Source: Paramecium tetraurelia (taxonomy: Eukaryota). From it: DNA of 64,000 bases. How positions within the stretch are numbered: the first letter of the stretch is position 1; each line of letters opens with the position of its first letter. Both the position numbers and the translations under genes were made by a program. The stretch covers positions 186,001 to 250,000 of the forward strand of contig CT868006.1 in NCBI GenBank assembly GCA_000165425.1, given 5' to 3'. Under the pieces are notes generated by a model. That model was given only the letters and a program-made list of their open reading frames with translations. It searched no databases and was not told where the DNA came from. Shown piece after piece: positions 41,628-56,647 of the stretch.

Positions 41628-42470
41628 ATGGAACTCGCTATTGTATTGGGTTTATTAGGTTTTGAGCCTGCTGGAAAATCCAGATTGAATCAACTTTTAC
41701 CCAGAGTAACTTGTGAGGGATGCACTGCTTTTAGAGATGCAGTCATCAAGGGGAATTAGTTAATGTTGGAACTTTTTGCTTTATTTTGTTAGCAAGGAAT
41801 GCATGAAAAGTTTAAATTTGTTCATGTTATTCTGACCGATGGAGAAGATAACAAATCATAAACAAGTTTATAAGACTTTCTTGTATATTAATAATTTCTT
41901 TAATAAAAACTCCCACCAAACATACTTTAAACATTTTATATAGGTGTGAATGTAGAGAACAACAATACGGTTTAACAAGAAATGTCAGCAATTTTAAAAT
42001 GTAGTGGAAAGTCTGCTTCGTATTATCCCGTAAGTAGTAATTAAATTAATGACATCTTTTAAAAAATTTAAATGCAGATTGGTATCAGAGTTTAAGAATA
42101 AGGAGTTATAATCCAAAATAGCTAAGCTAGAATTGCTTTAAGGTAATAAACTTATTAGCCAGTGGTGTCAATGTAAGTTAACAATTACATTCTGCTTTTC
42201 ACTCTTGATGTCTCTGGATCAATGAGTGATCATTGGTATAAGGTGTGCTCTGCAGTTAGAAGCTTTCTTGATACTCTTGGATCAGGTGATTTGGTACTAG
42301 GAATTACATTCAATGATAATGTATAAGTGTTAACTGCAAAGTAATAATAAGCAGCCAAAAAGACTTAATAGACTTCCACTCCTCAAAGAACCAAAAGTTC
42401 TCAGCCTTAATAATAAATAAAGTAGACGGAGAGAACAGGGGTAGATAGTTGCTGTTGCCAAATCTTTTGA
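41628..42470 (+). CDS. Circularly permuted von Willebrand factor A domain protein with C-terminal CaaX (CCCQIF)
   Basis: Intronless 280-aa ORF. GCTAFRDA (about 41718-41741) and ILTDGED (about 41829-41849) come before LDVSGSM (about 42204-42224). Ends DSCCCQIF*. Confidence 0.88.
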
Positions 42471-42976
42471 ACTTAATAATGATGCTTTTTTATAATATAT
42501 AATTGCAAATATTTATAAGTTTCTAAGCCTATGATACTGATTTTTTTATAATTATTTTATTCAAGTTTTTAGGGTATAACATTATTTTAAATTTATAACA
42601 GTGATTATGTTGTGCTATGATTTACAGACTCCGAAGCATATGAATTCAAGCACTAGATTTACCTCTATATAAATAATTGTTATATTTATGTTAAATTAAA
42701 TAATTGATGAATTTTAAAATTTTAAAAACAACAATAGGATGGATTTCTTTGGAATATTTAATTTATTAAAATCATTTTAAAAAGGTTTATGTCATTATAA
42801 CTAGGTAATTAACTCGTTTCAAACAAAATGACCATTCTTAAATATAAATTTTACAAAACAGTGTGAGTCTTCATAAATTTGTATTTGGCATCTAATTTTG
42901 CAAATTGAGAAGAATTATTTAATTAAATTATCAGACTAATTTTATATATCAAAATATGTGAGTTTTTAATAAAAAT

Positions 42977-44100
42977 ATGATACTTCAATTCAAATGTGAA
43001 AGATTACATTATATTCTAAACACTCACTACATTGTATCAGTGTATAATGACAAGTTGACTATTGGGAATAAGGTAACCTATCTATCGTAATATGAATTAG
43101 AGTCATCCTAAATATGAGTATAAATTTACACTTGAAAATGTTTTACACTGGTACGTGGAGAATCTAAAGCTGCAGGCTTTTGGGATTGAGTATAATGGGG
43201 CAATCAAGTTTTTTAAAGCGAATAATAAAGATTTGGAAAAGTTAAGAGGGTTGAGTAGATGTCTTCTATGTTTCGATAATATTGTGGAGCTCTACAAATA
43301 AATCGATATTAATGAGCCATCGAGGTTGTAGGATCAAATATCCCTTTAATTGTGCAGCATGAAGGTTGTAAGCTAGTAGCAGTTGTTGACAGAGGTTCCT
43401 ATAGTTCGATAGTTGAATCATTAGGGAATAATTTCATACCGTGAATGCTTTCAATATAAAAGCCAATATTATATTGTAACAGAATTTGTTGGAGGAATAA
43501 CATTACAGAAATTCATAATTTAAAACCCTAAGTTGAGTCATCTATAATGCAGAGCCATAATACTTGTAAGTGTTCTTGTTTATTGAAAGCAACTGCTCAA
43601 GGCTGTAAAATATTTACATGAACATTACGTCATACATGCGACAATCGATATTAGCCAAATTGTCTACAAATCAGATTTCATCAAAATTATTGATTTTTCT
43701 GAAGCCAAACAAACTAACAAAATAGATGACAAGGATATCAAGAATTGCGGTCGCATTCTATTCTATCTGTATCAAACATTCTCATCTTAATTTAGGTACA
43801 CTGGCAAAGAGTACAGCGACAAGGATCAAGAACTAAATTACAAGACTCTTTAGAGTGCGTAGACACCTAAATTGGCTTAGGAACTCATTTTAATTATGAT
43901 TTGTGACAACAATGTAACGGTGTCTCTGATTTTGGAGCATCCGTATTTCTCATTCTCGTTGGATGCTGAGGAGAGGAAGAGAAGATTCTAAAAGTTCCAG
44001 CGAGTGTAGAGGTCAACTTCAGAAATGGATGAAAGTGATGCTATCTCTCAGAGTATACCAGAATTGTAAACAAATAAAAGTAAATCATTAAGATAATTGA
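42977..44100 (+). CDS. Protein pseudokinase (CAMK-like fold) with N-terminal PH-like region
   Basis: LNHQGII, YIVTEFVGG, AVKYLHEHYVIHATID, IKIIDFSEA, ILEHPYF; catalytic motifs degenerate. Confidence 0.8.
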
Positions 44101-44150
44101 TGTGAAAAGTATTTTATTATTATTATAATTAAATATTAAATTATTTATTA

Positions 44151-44503
44151 ATGTAAACCGAATCACAGTACCCCTAAATAGATGTCAAGGAATTCAAGGC
44201 ATTTGCTGTTTGGAGATGGAAAGCTGAACAAGTAAGTAAATAAATTGATTATTATAGTTAAATCAAAATTGTTGTTCATGCAAAAAATTGATGACTGAAC
44301 CATGCATTGATTGCGAAGTGAATGATTAGAATGATGAGCAAGAAAAATGCATTGCTGTTTAGAGTGGAAATTGCGGTCATGCTTTACATCAGCATTGCAT
44401 AAGAAAATGGATTCAAACCAAAAGTCAGGGTGGCACATCAGGCACCTGTCCAATGTGTGACTTGATTTGGGAAATCACAAATGAAGTCGAATTATAGAAT
44501 TGA
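44151..44503 (+). CDS. Rbx1/APC11-like RING-H2 protein
   Basis: VKEFKAFAVWRW, CCSC..EPCIDC, GNCGHALHQHCIRKW, CPMC..WE; one 26-nt intron. Confidence 0.85.
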
Positions 44504-44751
44504 CATTCTGAGAATCAATATAATTTTACAATTTTTATTTTAAATATCTTGTATTTATAATACTACTAAGTCTATTCATCAAGATCTACGAATCGTTTAA
44601 TGAGCATCATCCTATAGACTTTAGAGTGTCATTCGAACAGTCTTTTACATCAAATGAATATTGGACTAATAGGTTGGCATATTGAAATACACATATAAAC
44701 ATGGTAAGATGATTAATTAACAATATTAATTAAAATAAAATTCAAATTTTC

Positions 44752-45313
44752 ATGAGCAGAAGTAAGTAACAACCTCAAAGATAAATCGCTCCTTAAAGAA
44801 AAGCTCGTTCTGAACTTAATGAAGAGTAGAAGCAAGAGATTAAGGAGGCCTTTGATTTATTTGACACTGATGGCACAGGATACATTGATGTCAAAGGTAC
44901 GATGTAAATTCATATTTTTTAGAACTCAAGGTGGCTATGAGAGCTTTGGGCTTTGAAACCAAAAAGGAAGAAGTCAAATAGATGATTAAGGAGGTGGATC
45001 GTGAAGGAAAAGGAGTAATTGAATTTCCTGATTTTCTCGAATTAATGACAGTCAAAATGGTAAGATGGTTAATAACTATTAACAGGGTGAGAGAGATCCA
45101 AGGGAAGAGATGCTGAAAGCATTCCGTTTATTTGATGATGACAACACAGGAAAAATCTCATTGAGAAATTTAAAAAGAGTTTCAAGAGAATTAGGAGAAA
45201 CAATGACAGACGATGAATTGTAAGAGATGATTGACGAAGCTGACAGAGATGGCGACGGAGAAATAAGTGAGGAAGACTTTATTAGAATAATGAAGAAGAC
45301 CAACTTATTTTGA
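44752..45313 (+). CDS. CETN: Centrin (EF-hand basal-body protein)
   Basis: [74 protein letters not shown]; two introns. Confidence 0.96.
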
Positions 45314-45342
45314 AAATTAGTTAATATAATTATATAATAATC

Positions 45343-47281
45343 ATGGCATTTGTATATTAAGCTTAACGAGATCTCAACCAATTATTGACATCTGTGCCAA
45401 CTAATGTACTCTCATTATTCTATTCATAACAGGTGGGTCCAGGTTCCTATGGGAAACAAAAGAAAAAGCTAATCAAATAATCAGTAGCTCCTTTCAATAC
45501 ACAATCTACCAGACTCAATCCATTAAAAAACTCCTCATTTCCAGGTCCTGGGAGTTACAATGTCAATTTGGCTAATGCAGGGTACAAAACTATTTAAATA
45601 GCAGGTAGAAAGTGCTGCTTCAATCCAATCAATCAGAACTTAAGATTCTCGAAATACACAAATAACAGTCAGTTTTTGCATCCAAATGTAAGCGCTTTTA
45701 AGAAGTTAATACAAGCGATACTCCAGGGTAGAGTCTTGTATTTGATATCTTAGTCCTGGTTCATACAAACCAGAAGCAAATTAACGACAACATTATCAAA
45801 AGGGATCATCTGAATATTTTATAGAGTCACTATTGAAATTAAATAGAAATAAATCAATACCATCAATCCCATCCAACGAATAAGCGTATGGTTATGATGA
45901 TAGTGGAAGTATGCATATAATAATCTATTTTAATACAATTTAGCACTGTAATTAAATAAGAGTCCCCAAGACATCATTACAGGATTAAAGAATGACTCAG
46001 TGGGACCTGGTCACTATGATCTTAGGAACTCTTTCGATTTAAATAAAGAGAAGGGTCACAATTGGCATTCCTCTAAACAACCAAAACTTGCTCCTGTTGT
46101 TTCCAAAGATTAAAAAATGATAGTTGGACCAGGAGCATATGCTATTGAAAATGAGAGTCAACCCTTATATAAATTGTTGCCATCAGGATCCTTTCAATCC
46201 AATACATCTAGATTCAATAATTTAGACAAGGGACAAAGAAGCAAAGAAATCCTTAGACTTTAATTTGAGAAGAAGAAATCAAAATTGCTACAAGATTCAT
46301 AATTTGAAGATTTGAAAGATGAATAATTTGATATCTCTCAAGTATGCCTATTCAACATATTAGAATGATGGACCTGGCCCAGGATATTATTTTAAAGATC
46401 ATAGTACTGTTTCAACTATATCAACTTCTAAATTGGAAACACAATGTTTTGGATCAAAATTGAAAAGATTTCAAAGTGATTCAAATTAAATAACCGTTGG
46501 TCCTGGAGACTATAAAATTGAAACTTAACTATCAAATAGCAGTCTTGCATTAAAGCAACCACCCTTTTTATCCTCTAATACTCGATTTGAACAACAACAT
46601 TTCAATAGGAAGGTTGGCCCACAATCTTACCACATTAATAAAAGTGTAAGACAATTAGATATTTCATCTAGTTGGAATATGATTTGATTAAAAAACTCGA
46701 AAGATCTCCTGTTGGTAAATTTGGATAGAATTAACCTAGATTTGTGAATGATCAAAGTAAAGAAGAATTGCCTGGTCCAGGTTTCTATGACTATTTATAG
46801 TAATCCACCTAACAAGGAGCTCAAACTATGTTTAAGTCTTAAACTAAGAGGATTGATCCAACCCTATTAAATAAATCAGAAATACCAGCCCCTAGCTAAT
46901 ACAATCCCAGAAATCACACAATCGAATATAACATAAAGAAAGCTGCAGAGGATCTTGAATTTGATATCAATAGACCTCCCTTTTAATCTTCAGCTCCTCG
47001 ATTTAAAAGTAATGTGGATGTCAAAATTGATGAATTGGATGAAGATCTTTATTTGAAAAAATAGAATCAAAAAAAAGAAGAGCACAAGATTCCGTATAAA
47101 TAGAAATAGCAACCGCCTCCATTTAATGTGCAAGTACTTATAATGACAAATGTTTTTATAGGAAAAACGATTTTAATATGGTAAACTAACTGTTTAATCT
47201 CCCGGTCCTGGAGAATATAATGAGTCCACTTAAATTTCATGGGACAAACCATCATTCAATGTTCAATATTCTTAATTTTGA
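45343..47281 (+). CDS. SHIPPO-1/ODF3-like PGP-repeat axonemal protein
   Basis: Repeated (V/T)GPGxY motifs (VGPGSY, PGPGSY, VGPGHY, VGPGAY, PGPGYY, VGPGDY, PGPGFY, PGPGEY) with F-S...RF spacers. Confidence 0.85.
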
Positions 47282-47310
47282 GTAGATGACAATAAATATA
47301 TTAAACGATA

Positions 47311-48403
47311 TCATTTCTTAAAAAATCTATATCCTGATCTTGTGTGTTGATGAGCCTTTCTGGATTAGGGAATGCTTTCTGTAATTTTAAATTATTTGGA
47401 TAGAGAAACACTTGCTTATTGTGATCGATGAGTTTGAATACTACATAGAGAGGGAATGATGATACTTGAGTTTTTATTGAAATTCTGCTGCATGTGGTGA
47501 ATTCATAGTATAGATGTGAGCAGGACTGAGCATTTTAGATAGAGGATCCTTGATTACTCTATGTGTGGATGGGCCATTCTGAGTGAGCAACTGTTCATCT
47601 TTAAATGTTTTAGGAGATAGATGAAATGTTTGTTTGGTTTTTGAAGTTCTTGATATAATCTATTTGATAGTCTATTGACTCACTCCAAATGGAATTCTGT
47701 TAAATGTTTTCGGCGAATGCAATTGGATGTGCGATTAGACTTTAGGCTTTTGTTTTTCTGCTAGAAAGTGAATAAATTTCTGCAGTTATTCTTCTTCCCT
47801 GTTAGAAGGTAGAAATATTAATTCTCCAGTTTTAATCTAAAGACCTTCTAATTTGTTATTAATTGCTTCTATTGTTGTAGAGTTATCGACGAGATCTTGG
47901 AGTAATTTGCTATAGACTGGATTTTGAACTTTAGGAGATGTAGGTTTGAGTTCTTCTGGTTAATCGCCAGCAATTGCTTTTTTAGGTTTGTTAGGATTTT
48001 TGCGATTTTCTACTTCAATAATTCGTTTTATGCGATAATATTCGACTCGTCTTTTCTTATCATGATAACTAACTTATGTATATTTTCGAGATACTTGCTC
48101 ATAATATTGCTGATTTTATGCATAAAGAATCTTGGAATCTCATTATGATATTTGTAGTACTCAGTAAATAACTGAAGTTTATCCCTCAATTCATCTAACA
48201 ATTTTTGTATAAAATATACTGGCAAAATAGAACCGTCTCAAATATTCCTGGTTCTCATTATATGCTAGAGCCTGGTAAAACTCTATCACCTCTTTTGTTC
48301 TGGCTGAATTTACAAAATCATTCAGAGTCCTTGAGTAATAATAGGATTGACAATTGGAGTATTTCTTTTGGAGTAGTATCTGAACATTGTACTTATTCGC
48401 CAT
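47311..48403 (-). CDS. Ciliate-family hypothetical protein (YYYS..EYLRRFY..EYYKYHNEIPR motif)
   Basis: ATG at 48403; a 25-nt intron at about 48195-48219 joins the two supplied ORFs; low-complexity C-terminus. Confidence 0.75.
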
Positions 48404-48480
48404 CGGATATTTAAGTTATGATAATCAATTTAATATAATTTAATCATTGCATATAGGATAGATCAAATAAAAATACTAAT

Positions 48481-49376
48481 TCATTGGAAACCTAATTTAT
48501 ACCACATCTGTCTTAAATCATCCTTTGTTTTCGTCTTTATTTCCTAAGCAATCTCAGTCCATTTCATAACTGAATTGAATGAATTCGGAATTTAAACTAA
48601 TGATCTGAGAATATTGAATGTCTCTCTATCAAAATCATTCATCTTTCTGAAATTTAGACAAAACTTAGTTTCAATGAACTGACTCCCAAATCTAGTCTAA
48701 AGTACTGAATCGTAGTCCGAAACCAGAAGCATTTGCTATGTTATGTTCTGAGTCTGCTTCATTAATATTAAGAATTCTCCTATTTAGTTCTGATATTGTC
48801 AGGTGTCCGATTAAAATGCTTACTAATTTCCCTCCACTTTCTTCCGTATTATTAGACATACTTAATCAAGTCTGCCTCCTCATTCTAACTCCAATAGCCA
48901 TGTCGATTGTTGCTATCATATTTCCTTCTAATCAACTTATAAATAGAATCAACACTTCTATTTGGTATTTATTTTGCAATACTGAGCCATATCTTAGAGA
49001 GTCCAAACGACTTTAATTCAATGTACTCTTATAGATCCTAATTACTAAGATTGTTTTACAATAGATATTCATTGACAACCTTCATAATGCAGTCTACTTC
49101 TTGTTTGGAAAACCGTCCTTCTTTCATTTCTGAGTGATTAACACGGCAATCTAGTCTTTTGTGCCAAGATCTACTTTTAGTTTGTCGAATTCTATTTTAA
49201 TCAATTTATTATTCTATATTTTACTAGTCTTATTATGCTTATGGAATGGCATCAGTTTTTGAATGATTGTTTTGACTTAATTAACGTTCCCTTGAACTGA
49301 TAAGATCCTCGTACTCATTCTATAGTGATTGTTGCTAATTTCTAAGTTTAATAGTTTGTTTTTAAATTTTTTTCAT
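48481..49376 (-). CDS. Hypothetical coiled-coil protein
   Basis: Open code-6 frame from ATG at 49376 (MKKIQKQTIKL...) to TGA at 48481-48483, with at least one intron. Confidence 0.65.
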
Positions 49377-49431
49377 ATTAAAGTTAAAATAAATTGTTTG
49401 ACTGAATAATTATTTCAATTACGCACTAAAC

Positions 49432-51483
49432 ATGCATCCTACAACACAATTGCTAGAAAATGCAAGAGAACGCGTAACATTTCCAACTGAAGAATTAACA
49501 AAGCTCATTTATGTTAATGATGAGATATATGAGACATTCATGAAGGCTCAAAAGATAATAGCAAATGAGCCTACCATTCGCAATCATCCAGATTATCACA
49601 ATTGGAGTCGCAAACAATAAATCATAAAGTCCTATGAGAAATTGAGGATTATGCATTAGCATTTCAATTTGGCTAATGCTGTTCACTGGGCTCCCCTTTT
49701 GAGCATCTTCCAAGGAACAACACCCACAGCAGTATCCTTTGCAATGACAGTGCCTGCCTTGAGATTTCTGGGAACAGACGAGCAATTCAACTTATGGGGA
49801 CCCAAATTCCTGACCATGGAGATCGTTGCCGCCTATGCCTAGACAGAAATAGGTCATGGAAGTGACGTGCAGAATTTGGAAACTACTGCCACCTACGATC
49901 CCTAAAGCAATGACTTTGTGCTTCACACTCCGTCTGTTTCCGCAGTGAAATGTAAGTGACTATGGAAATCTATCTAGTTTGGCCTGGTGAATTAGGCTTT
50001 TTATCTAATTATGCACTGGTCTATGCCAAGCTCATTTTTAATGGCAAGAATAAGGGAGTCCACCCTTTCATGGTGTAAATCAGAGACAATTCCACACACA
50101 AACCATTAAGAGGAGTGACAGTAGGTGACATTGGGCCAAAATTAGGGTATTCAACAAAGGACAATGGATATTTGGCATTTGACAATTACAGAATCCCCTT
50201 AAATAGCATGTTGGCTAGATATGTAAGGATAGAGAATGGTCAATTCTCAAGACACGGAAATGAGAAGGTACAAATAATAATGAGTTCATCATTAGATCTC
50301 CTATGCATCCATGATGGTCTCTAGATAATTGATTATTTTCATCTACCCAAGAATGGCTGCTCAAGCTCTGACAGTTGCAATCAGATACTCTATTACCAGA
50401 CAGCAATTCACAAACGACAAGAGAGAGGAGAATTCAGTGATTGAATATTAGACTCAATAGGACAAGTTGTTACCAAGATTAGCCACTTGCTATGGAATGA
50501 TTTTCGCAGGAATTAGGATAATGCAATTGGTTGATGACAATTTCCATAGGGTCTAAAAGAAGGACTTCAGTACTCTATAATAGTCACATGCCATCTTAAG
50601 GTATTCCTGATAATATAACAAAATTAAGTGCAATAAAAGCCTTCTCCTCCTAATGGGTCGTAGATACTACAGAATGGTGCAGATTATCTTGTGGTGGTCA
50701 TGGTTATGCTCATTATTCTGGTATTCCAGCAGTTTACTTTGATACTGCTCCAAATGTTACACTAGAAGGAGAAAACTAAGTGATGTATCTACAAGTGGCT
50801 AGATACTTGCTCAAGGTGTTATAATATGCAGAGAAGACTCCAGAGAAAGTACCCTTTTATTTCAGCTTTGTATTACACGTCAAAGAGACTTTAGCAAATA
50901 AAGATTAAAGTATTAATTATCACAACTTATTGTAGACACTTCATTAGGACACTGGCTTAAGTTAACTTTGACAATCCAATTGATCCAAGTTGGTAAAAGA
51001 ATCAAAGATTTAATGAATACAGGTAAGACATTCCAACAAATATGGAATGAACATGTTGGTATCCATTTGATGTCTCTTGCTTAAAGATATGCTGAATATT
51101 TCATCTATCTTGTCTTTCAAGAGTATATTGCAAATGCTAATCCTTCTGTTAAAGAGATATTGCAATAACTTTGTGACTTATACTGTGTACAAACCATTTT
51201 GGACAATCCAAATACACTCATTGAGTCTGGTTAAATCACACAAGAATAATTAAAAGCCTTTAATGAATTGAAAATTGAATTGTTTGCTAAAATTAAACCA
51301 TAGGCAATTGGGTTGGTTGAAGCATTTAATTTTAATGATAATGCACTTAGAACTTGTATTGGATGCCATGATGGAAAACCATATGAATATATCTATGATT
51401 GGGCAACAAAGGAGAATTCAGTCAATAAAGTACCATAAGCAGTAATTGATTTAATGGGCACAAAAATCAAAGCAAAATTATGA
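49432..51483 (+). CDS. ACOX: Peroxisomal acyl-CoA oxidase
   Basis: AYAQTEIGHGSDVQNLETTA, KFWPGELG, GDIGPKLGY..DNGYL, CRLSCGGHGY, TLEGEN; C-terminal PTS1 -AKL. Confidence 0.95.
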
Positions 51484-51657
51484 TATTAATAATATATTAA
51501 ATGGAGAGATATTATATGTAATTTCAAATATCTTCATAGATGATTATTATTTCAAAGTCTTGAATGGTAAAATTAAAATAGTTAATACTTCATCTTAAAG
51601 AGATTACAATATTTAAAGTGATTTGAATGAATAAAATAACACATAAATAGAAATAAA

Positions 51658-54370
<2,713 letters not shown>

Positions 54371-54427
54371 CCCTTTTTAATTACTTTATTAATATCGATT
54401 AAATTCAATCCATCCCAAATATAAATA

Positions 54428-54452
54428 TTCCCGCACTACTTATTTTTGGCGC
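54428..54452. promoter_or_regulatory. Two E2F-like sites (TTCCCGC and TTTGGCGC) upstream of MCM2
   Basis: Matches to the TTTSSCGC consensus at 54428-54434 (7 of 8) and 54445-54452 (8 of 8), 58-82 nt upstream of the MCM2 ATG in AT-rich DNA. Confidence 0.55.
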
Positions 54453-54756
54453 AATTCTGTCCCAATTTCTTTTACTATTAAAATTACAGAAATCTATCTC
54501 ATTTTTATAATTTTACATCTCTCTCAACACTCCCTGTCCTCACTCCCCACATTAATTGTCCCTTTATTTCACTCGCTCATCCACTCTACCACCTTCCAAA
54601 CTTCGTCTTATTCCCCTGCAACTATCCTCCCTCATTCACTGTGCAATATCGACGTCCTCATTCAAAATGCAAAGACATTCGTCCTGTTTAAGGAGGATTA
54701 TTAATTTCTAGAAAGTCATTCGATCTAATTTTTATCGTTAATCCATAATTTAAAAT

Positions 54757-56415
54757 ATGAGTGATAATATATTAGTATATTTGAAAGTCAAACCAGACTA
54801 GGAAGAGGAAGGAGGACTCACCATTCAAGATAATACGGTCAAAGTAATCTCGCAATCCTCCTTTGAAGAGAAGACTTATCAATTCAATGCCATCTTTCAA
54901 GAGAACCACGAATTGCAGCAACATTGCATTCCGATCATCGACTAAGCGATTAGAAATCAATAGAATGCTTGCATCATCACTTATGGATAGACGCAGAGTG
55001 GGAAGTCTCATGCCTTAGGGTTCTCACTCTACAACGAAGGATTACTACATTCCTTCCTCCAATATCTGTTTGAACAAATGCAAATACAATAAGTGTCCAT
55101 CTCAATGCTCTAATTATACATGCAATCGGCTATTGATTTATTGACTCAAGACAAATCTCTCAAAGAGTTGAGAATAAGAAATAAGCAGAATGAAACTTAT
55201 GTTGAAAATCTGACTGAGGTACTTGCTCAAAATTATCAAGAATCCTTACTTATCTGCTAAGAAGGAATCTAAAAAACTCAATTCTCTAAATTACATACCA
55301 TCCTAACACTCAAAGTCATGAAATCTAAAATTCAATTCGTTGAGATTTTGGGCAACAACTCCATCAACGCTAAATCTCCCCAATCTAGCAACTGCATCAC
55401 TGCTCTGCTCAAAGTTTTCAGTGCCCTTCTCAAACAACAAGGAACTTAATCATAAGTATTTATTCCTTTTCGAGATTCTAGTTTGACTATGCTTCTCAAA
55501 AATTCATTAACACCCCCCTCTAAAATAATTGTCATCGGCACTATCCTCCCTAAAAACTCTATTGAAACTAGTTAAACTATCAAAGCACTTTCCTCATGCA
55601 TCAAAGTATTCCCACCCCAAGACAATCCTAATAACACCACCTATCATTACAATGCCACCAAGGCCAGAAGTGTAACACCAACAATCACTAAACAAAAACC
55701 CTAAGACATCGTTGTTAATAACGGGTAATAACAATAACAGCACAACTCAACAAATTAATTATAATACAAAGAGTTAAGTGAATATTTATTAAAACTATTG
55801 ACTAAGATTAATTCCCATGCTTGCAAACTTATCAACTAGGAATGTTTACAACATATCGATATCAATTAGAATCTGGATAAGATCATCTCCTAAGTGTAGT
55901 AAGTCTCCCATTAGTTGTTGTAAGTTATCAATGGTAAAATTACCTCTTAAGTCAATCAGACCAAAACTGATGGCTGGCAAAAGGCCCTCAAGTTTTTGTA
56001 CCATACATATGAGGAAGAAATCTAACGCGAAGATAAATTACTTAAGGAAAAACTCCTATATATCATCAACGAAGAAGAACAGTATGATCTGGACAGTCTC
56101 AGAAAGATCTTATTTCCTCCGAAGTAGGAGTATACTAATTCTTTATTTAAAACACTTACGACTTTGAGAAAATACACAAACACCATTCAAATCCCGCTTA
56201 GTCGAGAAAATTACAGGAATCAGTTGACCAACGACATCATGCAGAAGGAGTTGGGAGTAATGAGCAATCAGAATTACGAGTCAAGTGGCAAACAAGAATT
56301 GACTAGTGTACAATTAATTATTATAATATAGTTCCAAAGTTACACGGAGAATTTGATGAGCAAATTTAAATGGCAAAGTGCCTAGAAGCAAGACTATTAC
56401 GGATATCAACCCTGA
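54757..56415 (+). CDS. Divergent kinesin motor-domain protein
   Basis: MSDNILVYLKVKP, YQFNAIF, CIITYGQTQSGKSH, SMLQLYMQSAIDLL, YVENLTEV, IPFRDSSLTMLLKNSL; coiled-coil tail. Confidence 0.85.
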
Positions 56416-56647
56416 GTGAGGCAATTTTGAAATTTAAATATTTTTACTTAATCATTTCTAATTAAGTGGGTATACACACATTTTATCTACAATTTAACAA
56501 TATTTTGAACAAGGAAAATTTGATCAACAGAATCTTTTTGTTGTCAATATATTATTATTAATAAATAAAATTTTGATTTGCTATGTTAATATTATTTCTT
56601 GTATTTAATTTAATTGAATTATTTTTTAAAGATTAATTATTAAATAA

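Noticed and set aside
44600..44755. Short ORF whose TGA overlaps the centrin ATG
   Set aside because: About 50 codons with no recognisable motif; such ORFs arise by chance when TGA is the only stop codon.
45430..47220. Recurring ggtcc(a/t)gg motifs that might suggest a spaced repeat array
   Set aside because: They encode PGPG SHIPPO protein repeats; spacing is irregular and the DNA copies are not identical.
54670..54725. Faint resemblance to a U3 snoRNA 5' end (aagac...ggatt...tttctag)
   Set aside because: Box A/A' match is poor and no B, C or D boxes follow before the kinesin-like CDS.
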